DNA of 47,509 nucleotides from Candidatus Eiseniibacteriota bacterium (GTDB lineage Bacteria; ARS69): NCBI GenBank assembly GCA_052390515.1, contig JBQTGV010000124.1, positions 1 to 47,509 of the forward strand, read 5' to 3'. Shown piece by piece: positions 29,104 to 36,370 of this stretch (position 1 is its first letter; each line of letters starts with the position of its first letter). The notes under the pieces were generated by a model. It saw only the letters and a program-made list of their open reading frames with translations, ran no database searches and was not told where the DNA came from. The position numbers and the translations under genes were made by a program.

Positions 29104-29209
29104 GACTCCCCCCTCGCCCCGGTTACCCCGGACCGAACCGAGCCTGCACGGCGTATCGGTCAGATCAAGCAGAAAATCAAGAAACAGAGCGGTCCGTCAG
29201 AAGGACTGC

Positions 29210-29246
29210 AAACGAAACCCCCGCCCGAGGGGTGTCGGACGGGGGT
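29210..29246 (-). terminator. Intrinsic terminator downstream of the small peptide gene
   Basis: Minus strand ACCCCCGTCCGA-CACCCC-TCGGGCGGGGGT, a 12-bp stem, followed by TTCGTTT. Confidence 0.75.
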
Positions 29247-29285
29247 CATCTTGGAGAATCGGCCGGTGTCCGGGTTCTTCATCAA

Positions 29286-29360
29286 CTACCAGTCGTTGCG
29301 GCCGCCGCCAAACGCGCCCAGGAGCGCGCCCACGAGGACGCCAACCCAAACCGTAATCAA
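29286..29360 (-). CDS. Unannotated 24-aa hydrophobic peptide MITVWVGVLVGALLGAFGGGRNDW
   Basis: AAGGGAG RBS 8 nt before TTG, TAG stop, followed by terminator; hydrophobic GxxxG-repeat core; below ORF-track size cut-off (alternative in-frame GTG at 29378 gives 30 aa). Confidence 0.7.
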   Translation of the reverse strand: MITVWVGVLVGALLGAFGGGRNDW

Positions 29361-29465
29361 ATCAGTCTCTCCCTTCACATGAAATCTCACTCGCAACCGC
29401 TGGCGAGTGGATCCGCTGCGCTCGGGAGTCCGCTCTCCTTGTCACCGGGCTCCGCTCGGGCCCCG

Positions 29466-30152
29466 TTACTCCGTGGGCACCGGGCCGATGTCGTATTCTA
29501 CGGCCTCCCTCGGCGGCATTCCACCGATGATCCGGTTCACGGCGTCCAGCACGGCATTAATAGCCGCTTGCGTCGGATCGTAACCAATTTCCGCGCACCC
29601 GATCAGGCGGGTTTCCTGCCGCCCGTGGGTGCGATTCACGCAGACGAGGAAGACCCTCCGCCCGCCGAGCTCCTTCTCCTCGAACTCACCCAGGGAAAAC
29701 CCCGGGTCTCCCTCGGCGAGGTTCACCACCGCCTCGAGGGTCGCCTGGGCGACGAGCCGGCGGACGTGGAACGGTGTGTTCGGCCCGGAGGCGCGCCCGA
29801 TCCCCTGGACCGGCCCGGCCGAGAGCGAGATCTCCACCTCGCAATCGCGCGGGCCTTGGTGCAGGCTCACCCCCTCGAACGAGACGCGCGCCAGCGTCAG
29901 GATCGACTGGGGTTCATCGCCCGCCTCGTACTGGGCGATGGAGATCTTGCGGTAGTCGACGTGTAGCCCTTCTTCGGCGGCGAGCAGCGTCTCGATGTCG
30001 CGGGCGATCTGCTTCGGCGAACGTCCGGCGAGCGCGGTCACATGGATCGCGGCGATCGCGCCGGATGCATCGGTCTCGATCTCGCACGACACGACGTCGC
30101 GAAGCTTGGCAACGCGCCGCTGTGCCGTCGCATACGGGGAAGGACGTTCCAT
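29466..30152 (-). CDS. Conserved hypothetical protein (RSPKQIARDIE..KISIAQ domain plus tandem LeuA-regulatory-like repeats)
   Basis: ATG 30152; IHV.A..GRSPKQIARDIET...VDYRKISIAQ; two beta-beta-beta-alpha-like repeats ending AQATLEAV and AAINAVLDAVNR. Confidence 0.85.
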   Translation of the reverse strand: MERPSPYATAQRRVAKLRDVVSCEIETDASGAIAAIHVTALAGRSPKQIARDIETLLAAEEGLHVDYRKISIAQYEAGDEPQSILTLARVSFEGVSLHQGPRDCEVEISLSAGPVQGIGRASGPNTPFHVRRLVAQATLEAVVNLAEGDPGFSLGEFEEKELGGRRVFLVCVNRTHGRQETRLIGCAEIGYDPTQAAINAVLDAVNRIIGGMPPREAVEYDIGPVPTE

Positions 30153-30299
30153 AACGCTCGTGTCCGCTGGGTTTCGACGTCTTCGGCCGGGGGCATGCCG
30201 TCCACCCTGCCGCACCACCACCCGTTGGGCCGACCGGGGCACCCATACCCCGAATCCGGGGCGCCCGCAAGCTGCGAAGAGCGACCGCCCTCGCGACCC

Positions 30300-30309
30300 A
30301 TCGTAGCAT
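30300..30309. promoter_or_regulatory. Putative overlapping divergent -10 elements (minus TGcTACGAT, plus TAGCAT)
   Basis: Both match TAnnnT, in the middle of the divergent intergenic region. Confidence 0.35.
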
Positions 30310-30525
30310 GCCGGGGGGGTCGCGCGCGCGGGCGTCCTCCTCGGAGTCGGGGTCAGTCCGGAACTTCCGGCTGCGTGAGCGAGGTCGGTGGCCTGAATCC
30401 GCTCGCTCGGCCGTGAGACGCTGGGTACTCTCCGCGGCCAGGGACGGCAACCCCGCAGGCTGGCGGGACCCTCGGGAAGCGCGGGACTCCCCCGGCGCCG
30501 GACGCGGCAGGATCGGGAAGCCGAA

Positions 30526-31257
30526 GTGGAACGGTTGATCTTGATCGCGACCTACAACGAGCGGGAGAGCATCGCCGCCCTGCTCGCCCGCATCGTCGAG
30601 CGGGCGCCTGACGCCCACGTCCTCGTCGTGGACGACGATTCCCCGGACGGCACCGGCGGCATCGTGCGCGGGCTCTCCGAGAGGGACCCGCGGATCCACG
30701 TGCTCTCCCGGACCGAGCAGCGCGGCTACGGCCTGGCGGTGCTCGACGGCTTCCGCTGGGCGCTGCGCGAGGGGGCCCGCGAGGTCGTCACCCTCGACGC
30801 CGACCTCTCCCACGATCCGGACGCCATTCCCGCGATGTTCGCCGCGCTCGACGGCGGCGCGCAGATGGTCCTCGGCTCCCGCTACGCGGGCGGCGTGCGT
30901 GTCCTGGACTGGGAGCTTCGCCGTCTCGTTCTCAGCGTCCTGGCGAACACGTACGTGCGAAGGATGCTGCGGCTGCCGTACGCGGACTGCACCAGCGGTT
31001 ACCGGGGCTACCGGCGGGAGGTCCTCGAGACGCTCCTGCAGTTCAACCTCACCAGCCGCGGGTACTCGTTTCTCCTCGAGCTGCTCTTCTGGGCGCACGC
31101 TTCGGGCCATCGCATCGTCGAGGTGCCCATCGTCTTCTCGGAACGGCGGCGCGGGCAGTCCAAGATGTCCAAGGCGATCATGCTGGAGTCGGCCCTGCGC
31201 CCCTTCGCGCTGTGGATGAAGTACCTGACGCTGGCAGTGCGCGGCCGCCGGCCCTGA
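30526..31257 (+). CDS. Polyprenol monophosphomannose synthase-like GT2 glycosyltransferase
   Basis: TYNERE, VVDDDSPDGT, LDADLSHDP, GSRY, DCTSGYR, RRRGQSKMS. Confidence 0.92.
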   Translation: MERLILIATYNERESIAALLARIVERAPDAHVLVVDDDSPDGTGGIVRGLSERDPRIHVLSRTEQRGYGLAVLDGFRWALREGAREVVTLDADLSHDPDAIPAMFAALDGGAQMVLGSRYAGGVRVLDWELRRLVLSVLANTYVRRMLRLPYADCTSGYRGYRREVLETLLQFNLTSRGYSFLLELLFWAHASGHRIVEVPIVFSERRRGQSKMSKAIMLESALRPFALWMKYLTLAVRGRRP

Positions 31258-31272
31258 GACCGCGCCGGGTGC

Positions 31273-31410
31273 CTGGTGTTCGGTCTCGAAAGAAATGACC
31301 AGAGCGCCTCGCTACCGCTCGCTCGGCACCCGTGCCTCCTCGCTTCGTGGCCGCCGGCCTCCGTCGTCCGTGGCTCCGGACACGGCGGCTACGACAAGAC
31401 CGGACACGAG
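31273..31410. mobile_element. MITE/REP-like element, copy 2 (partly deleted right arm)
   Basis: Aligns to 3192-3315 (GTCTCGAAAGAAATG, CGCTCGCTCGGC, TGGCTCCGGACACGGCGGCTACGAC); 11-bp terminal IR 31276-31286 / 31397-31407 with one G-T mismatch. Confidence 0.7.
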
Positions 31411-32340
31411 TCACCGCCGGTGCACGACCGACTGCGCCCAGGCCCAACCCGCGATGTGCTCCAGATCCCGGCACCTGCGATCCAGGGCCGGCCGGTCCAC
31501 CTCCCGTAGGCGGTCCATCGAGAAGGACTCCACGTCGAACGACGCGCACACAGCGCCCGCGAGGAGGGCGCGGTGCATTCCTTCGAAGGAGTGGTCACCG
31601 GTCTCGGCCATGTAGCCCACGAATCCCCCGGCGAAGGTGTCGCCGGCACCGGTGGGATCGATCACCTCCTCCACGGGATAGGCCGGCAGTCGATACACCT
31701 TACCGTCGCCGAGCAGCTGCACGCCGTACTCGCCGAGCTTCATCACCACGCGCTTGGGGCCCATCCTCTCGATGGCGCGCGCCGCGCGGATGGGGTTGGC
31801 CTCCCCGGCGAGCATCTTCGCCTCCGATTCGTTCAGCACGAAGACGTCGACGCGCGGGAGGAGCCGGACGAGCGCCTCCCGCCGGCCCGAGATCCAGAAG
31901 TTCATCGTGTCGCAGACCACCAGCTCCGGATCGCGCACCTGGTCGAGCACGGAGATCTGCAGCTCCGGATCGATGTTCGCGAGGAACACGTAGCGCGCGT
32001 CCCGATACACCTCGGGGATCTCCGGGCGAAAGTCCTGGAACACGTTGAGCAGCGTCGCCAGCGTGGTCGCGTCGCCCATCTCCTCACCGTAGGAGCCGCT
32101 CCAGCGGAACGTCTGCCCCTTCTCCCGGGTGATGCCGCGCGTGTCGACGCCGCGGGCGCGCAGGAAGTCCAGCTCCCGGTCGTCGAAGTCCTCGCCCACG
32201 ACCGCCACCATGCGCACCGGCGCGAAGAAGCTGGCCGCGGCGGCGAAGTACGTGGCCGACCCGCCGAGCGCTCGCTCCACGCGGCCGAATGGAGTGGTCA
32301 CGTCGTCGAAGGCGACGGAACCGACCACCAGGATGCTCAT
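31411..32340 (-). CDS. PfkB-family carbohydrate kinase
   Basis: MSILVVGSVAFD, GGSATYF, DTMNFWI, DPTGAGDTFAGG. Confidence 0.93.
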   Translation of the reverse strand: MSILVVGSVAFDDVTTPFGRVERALGGSATYFAAAASFFAPVRMVAVVGEDFDDRELDFLRARGVDTRGITREKGQTFRWSGSYGEEMGDATTLATLLNVFQDFRPEIPEVYRDARYVFLANIDPELQISVLDQVRDPELVVCDTMNFWISGRREALVRLLPRVDVFVLNESEAKMLAGEANPIRAARAIERMGPKRVVMKLGEYGVQLLGDGKVYRLPAYPVEEVIDPTGAGDTFAGGFVGYMAETGDHSFEGMHRALLAGAVCASFDVESFSMDRLREVDRPALDRRCRDLEHIAGWAWAQSVVHRR

Positions 32341-32368
32341 GACGCCTTCCCTTCGCCCCTTGCGGGCT

Positions 32369-34066
32369 TCACATGTGATCGACGGCCCGGATTCCGAGAA
32401 GCTGGAGCCCCTCGCGGAGCACGTCGGCCAGCGTCCCGACGAGGAAGAGCCGCGCGCGCGCCAGCTCCGCATCGTCGGCCAGCACGCGCAGCGCCGGATC
32501 GTTGCGGCCGCGAGTGTAGAAGCGATGATACGTTTGGGCGACCTCTCGGAGGTATCCCACCAGCCGGTGCGGCTCCAGCGCCCGCGCCGACTCCCGGACC
32601 GTCTGCGGATACTGCAGGAGGGTGCGCATCATGCTCACCTCCTCCTCCGCGGTCAGCAGGGCGAGGTCCGCCTCCGCCCCGCTCTCCAGGATGCGGGCGG
32701 CCATCGGCTGGCGGAAGATGCTGCGCGACCGGGCGTGCGCGTACTGCACGTAGTACACCGGGTTCTCCATGGACTCGCGCTTGGCCAGCTCCAGGTCGAA
32801 GTCGAGATGCGTCGAGGCGCGCCGCATGAGGAAGAAGAAGCGCGACGCGTCCGCGCCCACTTCCTCGACCAGCTCGTCGAGCGTGACCAGCTCGCCGCCG
32901 CGCTTGGACATCTTCACCGGCTCGGCGTCGCGCAGCAGGTTCACCTGCTGCACGATCACGACGCGCAGCCAGTCGTCGGGGAGCCCCAGCGCGACCGTGG
33001 CGGAGTGCAGCCGCTTGATGTACCCGTGATGATCCGGCCCCCACACGTCGACGACGTGGCGGAACCCGCGGCGGCTCTTTTCCAGGTGATAGGCGATATC
33101 CCCGAGCAGATACGTCGGCGGGCCTCCCGAGCGCCGGATGACGCGGTCCTTGTCGTCGCCGAACGCGGTGGAGACGAACCAGGTGGCGCCGCCCTCCTCG
33201 CGCAGGTGTCCGCGCTCGCGCAGCCGCGCCTCCGCCTCGTCCACGCGGCTCGCTCCGCCGGGTTCGGCGACGTGCAGCGCGGACTCGCGGAACCACACGT
33301 CGAACTCCACGCCGAACGCGGCGAGCGCCCGGCGCGCGGCCGAGATCATGGCGTCGAGGCCGCCGGCGGCGAAGTCGATCGTCCGACACGCAGCGAGGGC
33401 GGCCTCGGTCCCTCGCGGTGAACCGGCCGAGCGCCACATCTCCCGGGCCAGGTCGGCGACGTACTCGCCGCGGTAGCCGTCCTCGGGCAGATCCGCGTCG
33501 ACCCCGGCGGCCTGGAGGAACCGGGCCTCGAGCGAGGCGCCGAAGAGCTTCGCCTGGTTGCCTTCGTCGTTCACGTAGTACTCGGCGCGGACCTGGCAAC
33601 CGGTGGCTCGCAGCAGCCGGACGCAGGCGTCGCCGTAAGCCGCGGCGCGCGCCGACACGACGTTCATCGGGCCGGTGGGGTTGGCGCTGACGAACTCGAT
33701 CTGGGTGAGCCCGAGCTCCGCGGCGAGGTCGGGATCGGCGAGCAGTGCGCTGCGCTGCTCCGCGTCGGCCAGCCGCCGCAGGAAGGCGTGCACCCCGCCC
33801 GGCCGGATGCGGAAGTTGATGAAGCCGGGTCCGGCCACCTCGGCGTCGCTCAGTCCGCCCGCCAGGCGACCGACCAGCGTCTCGGCGATCCGCCGGGGGT
33901 TCTCGCGGACCACGTCCTTCAGCAGGAACGCGGCGTTCGTGGCGAAGTCGCCGTGAGTCGGATCCCGCGGGGAGTCCAGCGTGAGCCGGCCGAGCAAGTC
34001 GGCCTCGACACCGGGGTAGGCGGACTTCACCGACCGGCGAATCTCGTCGAGCAAGAGTTCACGCAT
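32369..34066 (-). CDS. argS: Arginine--tRNA ligase
   Basis: HGDFATNAA, AGPGFINF, EFVSANPTGP, WGPDHHGY, KMSKR, NPVYYVQYAHAR; ATG 34066. Confidence 0.96.
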   Translation of the reverse strand: MRELLLDEIRRSVKSAYPGVEADLLGRLTLDSPRDPTHGDFATNAAFLLKDVVRENPRRIAETLVGRLAGGLSDAEVAGPGFINFRIRPGGVHAFLRRLADAEQRSALLADPDLAAELGLTQIEFVSANPTGPMNVVSARAAAYGDACVRLLRATGCQVRAEYYVNDEGNQAKLFGASLEARFLQAAGVDADLPEDGYRGEYVADLAREMWRSAGSPRGTEAALAACRTIDFAAGGLDAMISAARRALAAFGVEFDVWFRESALHVAEPGGASRVDEAEARLRERGHLREEGGATWFVSTAFGDDKDRVIRRSGGPPTYLLGDIAYHLEKSRRGFRHVVDVWGPDHHGYIKRLHSATVALGLPDDWLRVVIVQQVNLLRDAEPVKMSKRGGELVTLDELVEEVGADASRFFFLMRRASTHLDFDLELAKRESMENPVYYVQYAHARSRSIFRQPMAARILESGAEADLALLTAEEEVSMMRTLLQYPQTVRESARALEPHRLVGYLREVAQTYHRFYTRGRNDPALRVLADDAELARARLFLVGTLADVLREGLQLLGIRAVDHM

Positions 34067-34076
34067 GGCGTCCGGC

Positions 34077-34439
34077 TCAGGCGATCTCTCGTGCGCCGTC
34101 GTCCAGCCGCACGGCCGGGGCATCCCCCCAGAGGGTTTCCAGCGAATAGAAGTCGCGCGTCTCACTGTAGAACACGTGGACCACCACGTCCACGAAGTCG
34201 AGGAGGATCCAGCGCCGGCCCTGCTCGCCCTCGACGTGCCACACCCGGTGCCCTGCCTCGCCCATCTTCTCCACGACGTGGTCGGCGATCGCCTTGACCT
34301 GCACGTCGGAGTCCCCGGTGCACACCACGAATCGGTCCGTGGCGGAAGTCAGCTGCGAGAGGTCCAGGATGATGATGTCACGGGCCTTTTTCTCGAGCGC
34401 GAGGAAGGCGGCGCGCTCGGCGAGTCGGGAGGGCTCCAA
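34077..34439 (-). CDS. rsfS: Ribosome silencing factor RsfS (Iojap)
   Basis: KKARDI, FVVCTGDS..QVKAIAD, WILLDF.DVVVHVF, RDFYSLE.LW.DAP. Confidence 0.95.
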   Translation of the reverse strand: MEPSRLAERAAFLALEKKARDIIILDLSQLTSATDRFVVCTGDSDVQVKAIADHVVEKMGEAGHRVWHVEGEQGRRWILLDFVDVVVHVFYSETRDFYSLETLWGDAPAVRLDDGAREIA

Positions 34440-34487
34440 GATTGCGGTTGAGCTCCGGGGTATCGGGAACGGTTCTCGGACGACACG

Positions 34488-34496
34488 AATCTACCA
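34488..34496 (-). promoter_or_regulatory. Putative extended -10 promoter (TGgTAGATT) for rsfS-argS-pfkB
   Basis: TGnTAnnnT overlapping the upstream stop codon, ~50 nt before rsfS. Confidence 0.4.
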
Positions 34497-34988
34497 CGCC
34501 GGGAGGCGCGCGTGCACCGCCCGGATCACCGCGCCGGTGACGAGCCCCAGCGGCACCGCGGACGCGGTGAGCCACGGGGCCAGGGCGAGAACGCCGCTGC
34601 CCAGCTCGAACGCGAACGCCAGGGCGAGGAGCTGCCCCGCGACGTGGGCCGCGGAGCCGAGCACGCTGACGCCGAGCACCGAGAAGGGCGGGGCGAAGAG
34701 CCGCCACGCGGCGGCCATCACCGCCCAGGCGCCGAGCGAGCCCGACGCGGACAGCAGGAACGACGGACCCCCGAACGAGCCGAAGGCGAGCCCGCCGAGA
34801 AGCACGCGACACGCCGTCACCGCCAGGGCTCCGCGCGCACCGATCCGCATCACGGCCAGCAGCGTCACGCCGTTCGCGAGCCCGAGCCGCAGCCAGGGCA
34901 GGGGCTTGGGGATCGAGCTCTCCGCGATCTGCAGCGTCGTGGCGACGGCGACGAGGATGGCCAGCCGGGCGACGGCGCGCGCGCTCAT
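34491..34988 (-). CDS. Gx transporter family / heptaprenyl diphosphate synthase component I-like membrane protein (EetB-like)
   Basis: E..IP.PLPWLRLGLAN, SVLGVSVLG...H..GQL; ATG 34988 overlaps upstream stop. Confidence 0.88.
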   Translation of the reverse strand: MSARAVARLAILVAVATTLQIAESSIPKPLPWLRLGLANGVTLLAVMRIGARGALAVTACRVLLGGLAFGSFGGPSFLLSASGSLGAWAVMAAAWRLFAPPFSVLGVSVLGSAAHVAGQLLALAFAFELGSGVLALAPWLTASAVPLGLVTGAVIRAVHARLPAW

Positions 34989-35392
34989 CGCAGCACCGCG
35001 TCCGGCACGTCCTCGCCGGGCTTCGCCTCTCCTTCGAGCCGGACCAGCACCGCGTTCGGGACGCACGCCAGCATCTCGCCCGGTCGACGCCGTTCGCCCA
35101 TGGCCACGCAGAGGCGCTGGGGACAGGAGCTCTCGGAGACGCGCACCGCTCCGTTCGCGACGGTGACGATGAGCTCTCCGATTCGCCCGCGCACGGACAG
35201 CGTCGCGTCCTGATCGAGCGGCAGCTCCGCGACGACGGTCCTCCCGGAGAGCACCACGGCGCGGGCCGGCCGCGCCTCGGCGCGCAGACCGAGCGCCAGC
35301 GCACACGAAAGCGCGAGCAGCCCGAACGAAGCGACACGGTCGGCGGCGGTCATCGCCGACCAGATGCCGCGAAGCGACAGCGCGCCGCTCAC
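34985..35392 (-). CDS. NusG domain II-containing protein
   Basis: TM then G.IG...V.V.NG.VRV.ESSCPQRLCV.MG...PGE..ACVPN; GTG 35392 overlaps apbE stop (alternative ATG 35353). Confidence 0.85.
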   Translation of the reverse strand: MSGALSLRGIWSAMTAADRVASFGLLALSCALALGLRAEARPARAVVLSGRTVVAELPLDQDATLSVRGRIGELIVTVANGAVRVSESSCPQRLCVAMGERRRPGEMLACVPNAVLVRLEGEAKPGEDVPDAVLR

Positions 35393-36369
35393 TCGTTCGG
35401 CTCCTCGTACTTCGAGAAGCCCGACGTGCGGTGCAGCACGAGGCGGCCGGCCCCGTCCTCCTCGACCAGCATCCCCTCGAGATCGGGGTGCGCTTCGAGC
35501 CGCGCGAGCCCCTCTTGCGCTCCGAGAACGAAGGCTGCGGTGGACCACGCGTCGGTCAACACCGCGGACGGCCCGATCACCGTCACGCTGCGCAGACCTC
35601 GCGCGGGCCAGCCCGTCGACGGATCCAGGATGTGGTGGTAGCGGACGCCGTCGACCATCAGGAAGCGCTGGTAGTCCCCCGACGTCGACACGCTCACCTT
35701 CCCGGAGACGCGCAGCTTCACCACGAACCGCGACGTGTCGCGGGGGTCCTGCACTCCGATGAGCCACGCCTTCCCGTCGGGGCGCGTCCCTCGCACGGCC
35801 AGGTCGCCGCCGGCGGTGACGATGCAGCTCCCCGTCTCCGCCAGCGCGCCGGCGGCGAGATCGACCGCGTAGCCCTTGGCGATACCGCCGAGATCGAGCG
35901 CGGCATTCGGCAGCCGGGAGAGACGCACCCCCTCGCGCACCGAGGCCGAGTCCGGAAGCGCCGCCGGCTCCGGAAAGCCCCAGATCTTCAGGAGTGCGCC
36001 GAGCGTCGGGCAGAACGCGCCCCCCGAGGCGTCCTGCACCTCCCGCGCGACGCGCAGGATCTCGCGGGTATCCGCGGAGAGCGGCGCCGAGGGATCCAGC
36101 GCGAGCCGGCCGACCTCGCTCGTGTCGATGTACGCGCTGGCCAGCCGCTCGATTCGGGAGAGCTCGTCGTAGGCGCGTTGCAGCGCGCGAGCGGCCTCTT
36201 CGGCGGAGGCGCAGACGACCTTCAGCTCGGCCACCGTGCCGAGCACGAAGTCGGTGCGATCGTGAACGGCATGCTTCGCGGCGCCGCTGGAGCACGCCGT
36301 GCAGGCGATGGTCAGGAGCAGCGCGCCGCGGGCACCGCGGAGCGTCCGGGTCGCCGACCCGGACACCAA
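35389..36369 (-). CDS. apbE: FAD:protein FMN transferase ApbE (lipoprotein)
   Basis: LGT, SEV, LDLGGIAKGYAVD, GGD, STSGDYQR, YHHILDP.TG.P, DAWSTA. Confidence 0.95.
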   Translation of the reverse strand: MVSGSATRTLRGARGALLLTIACTACSSGAAKHAVHDRTDFVLGTVAELKVVCASAEEAARALQRAYDELSRIERLASAYIDTSEVGRLALDPSAPLSADTREILRVAREVQDASGGAFCPTLGALLKIWGFPEPAALPDSASVREGVRLSRLPNAALDLGGIAKGYAVDLAAGALAETGSCIVTAGGDLAVRGTRPDGKAWLIGVQDPRDTSRFVVKLRVSGKVSVSTSGDYQRFLMVDGVRYHHILDPSTGWPARGLRSVTVIGPSAVLTDAWSTAAFVLGAQEGLARLEAHPDLEGMLVEEDGAGRLVLHRTSGFSKYEEPNE

Positions 36370-36370
36370 C

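Noticed and set aside
30185-30200. Possible sigma-54 site CGGCATGCCCCCGGC upstream of the hypothetical gene
   Set aside because: GG-N10-GC spacing fits, but the -12 region lacks TTGC/CTGC; expected by chance at this GC content.
30153-30300. c-di-GMP or purine/ZTP riboswitch in leaders of the HD-GYP module or pur genes
   Set aside because: No recognisable consensus found by eye; an Rfam scan is needed.
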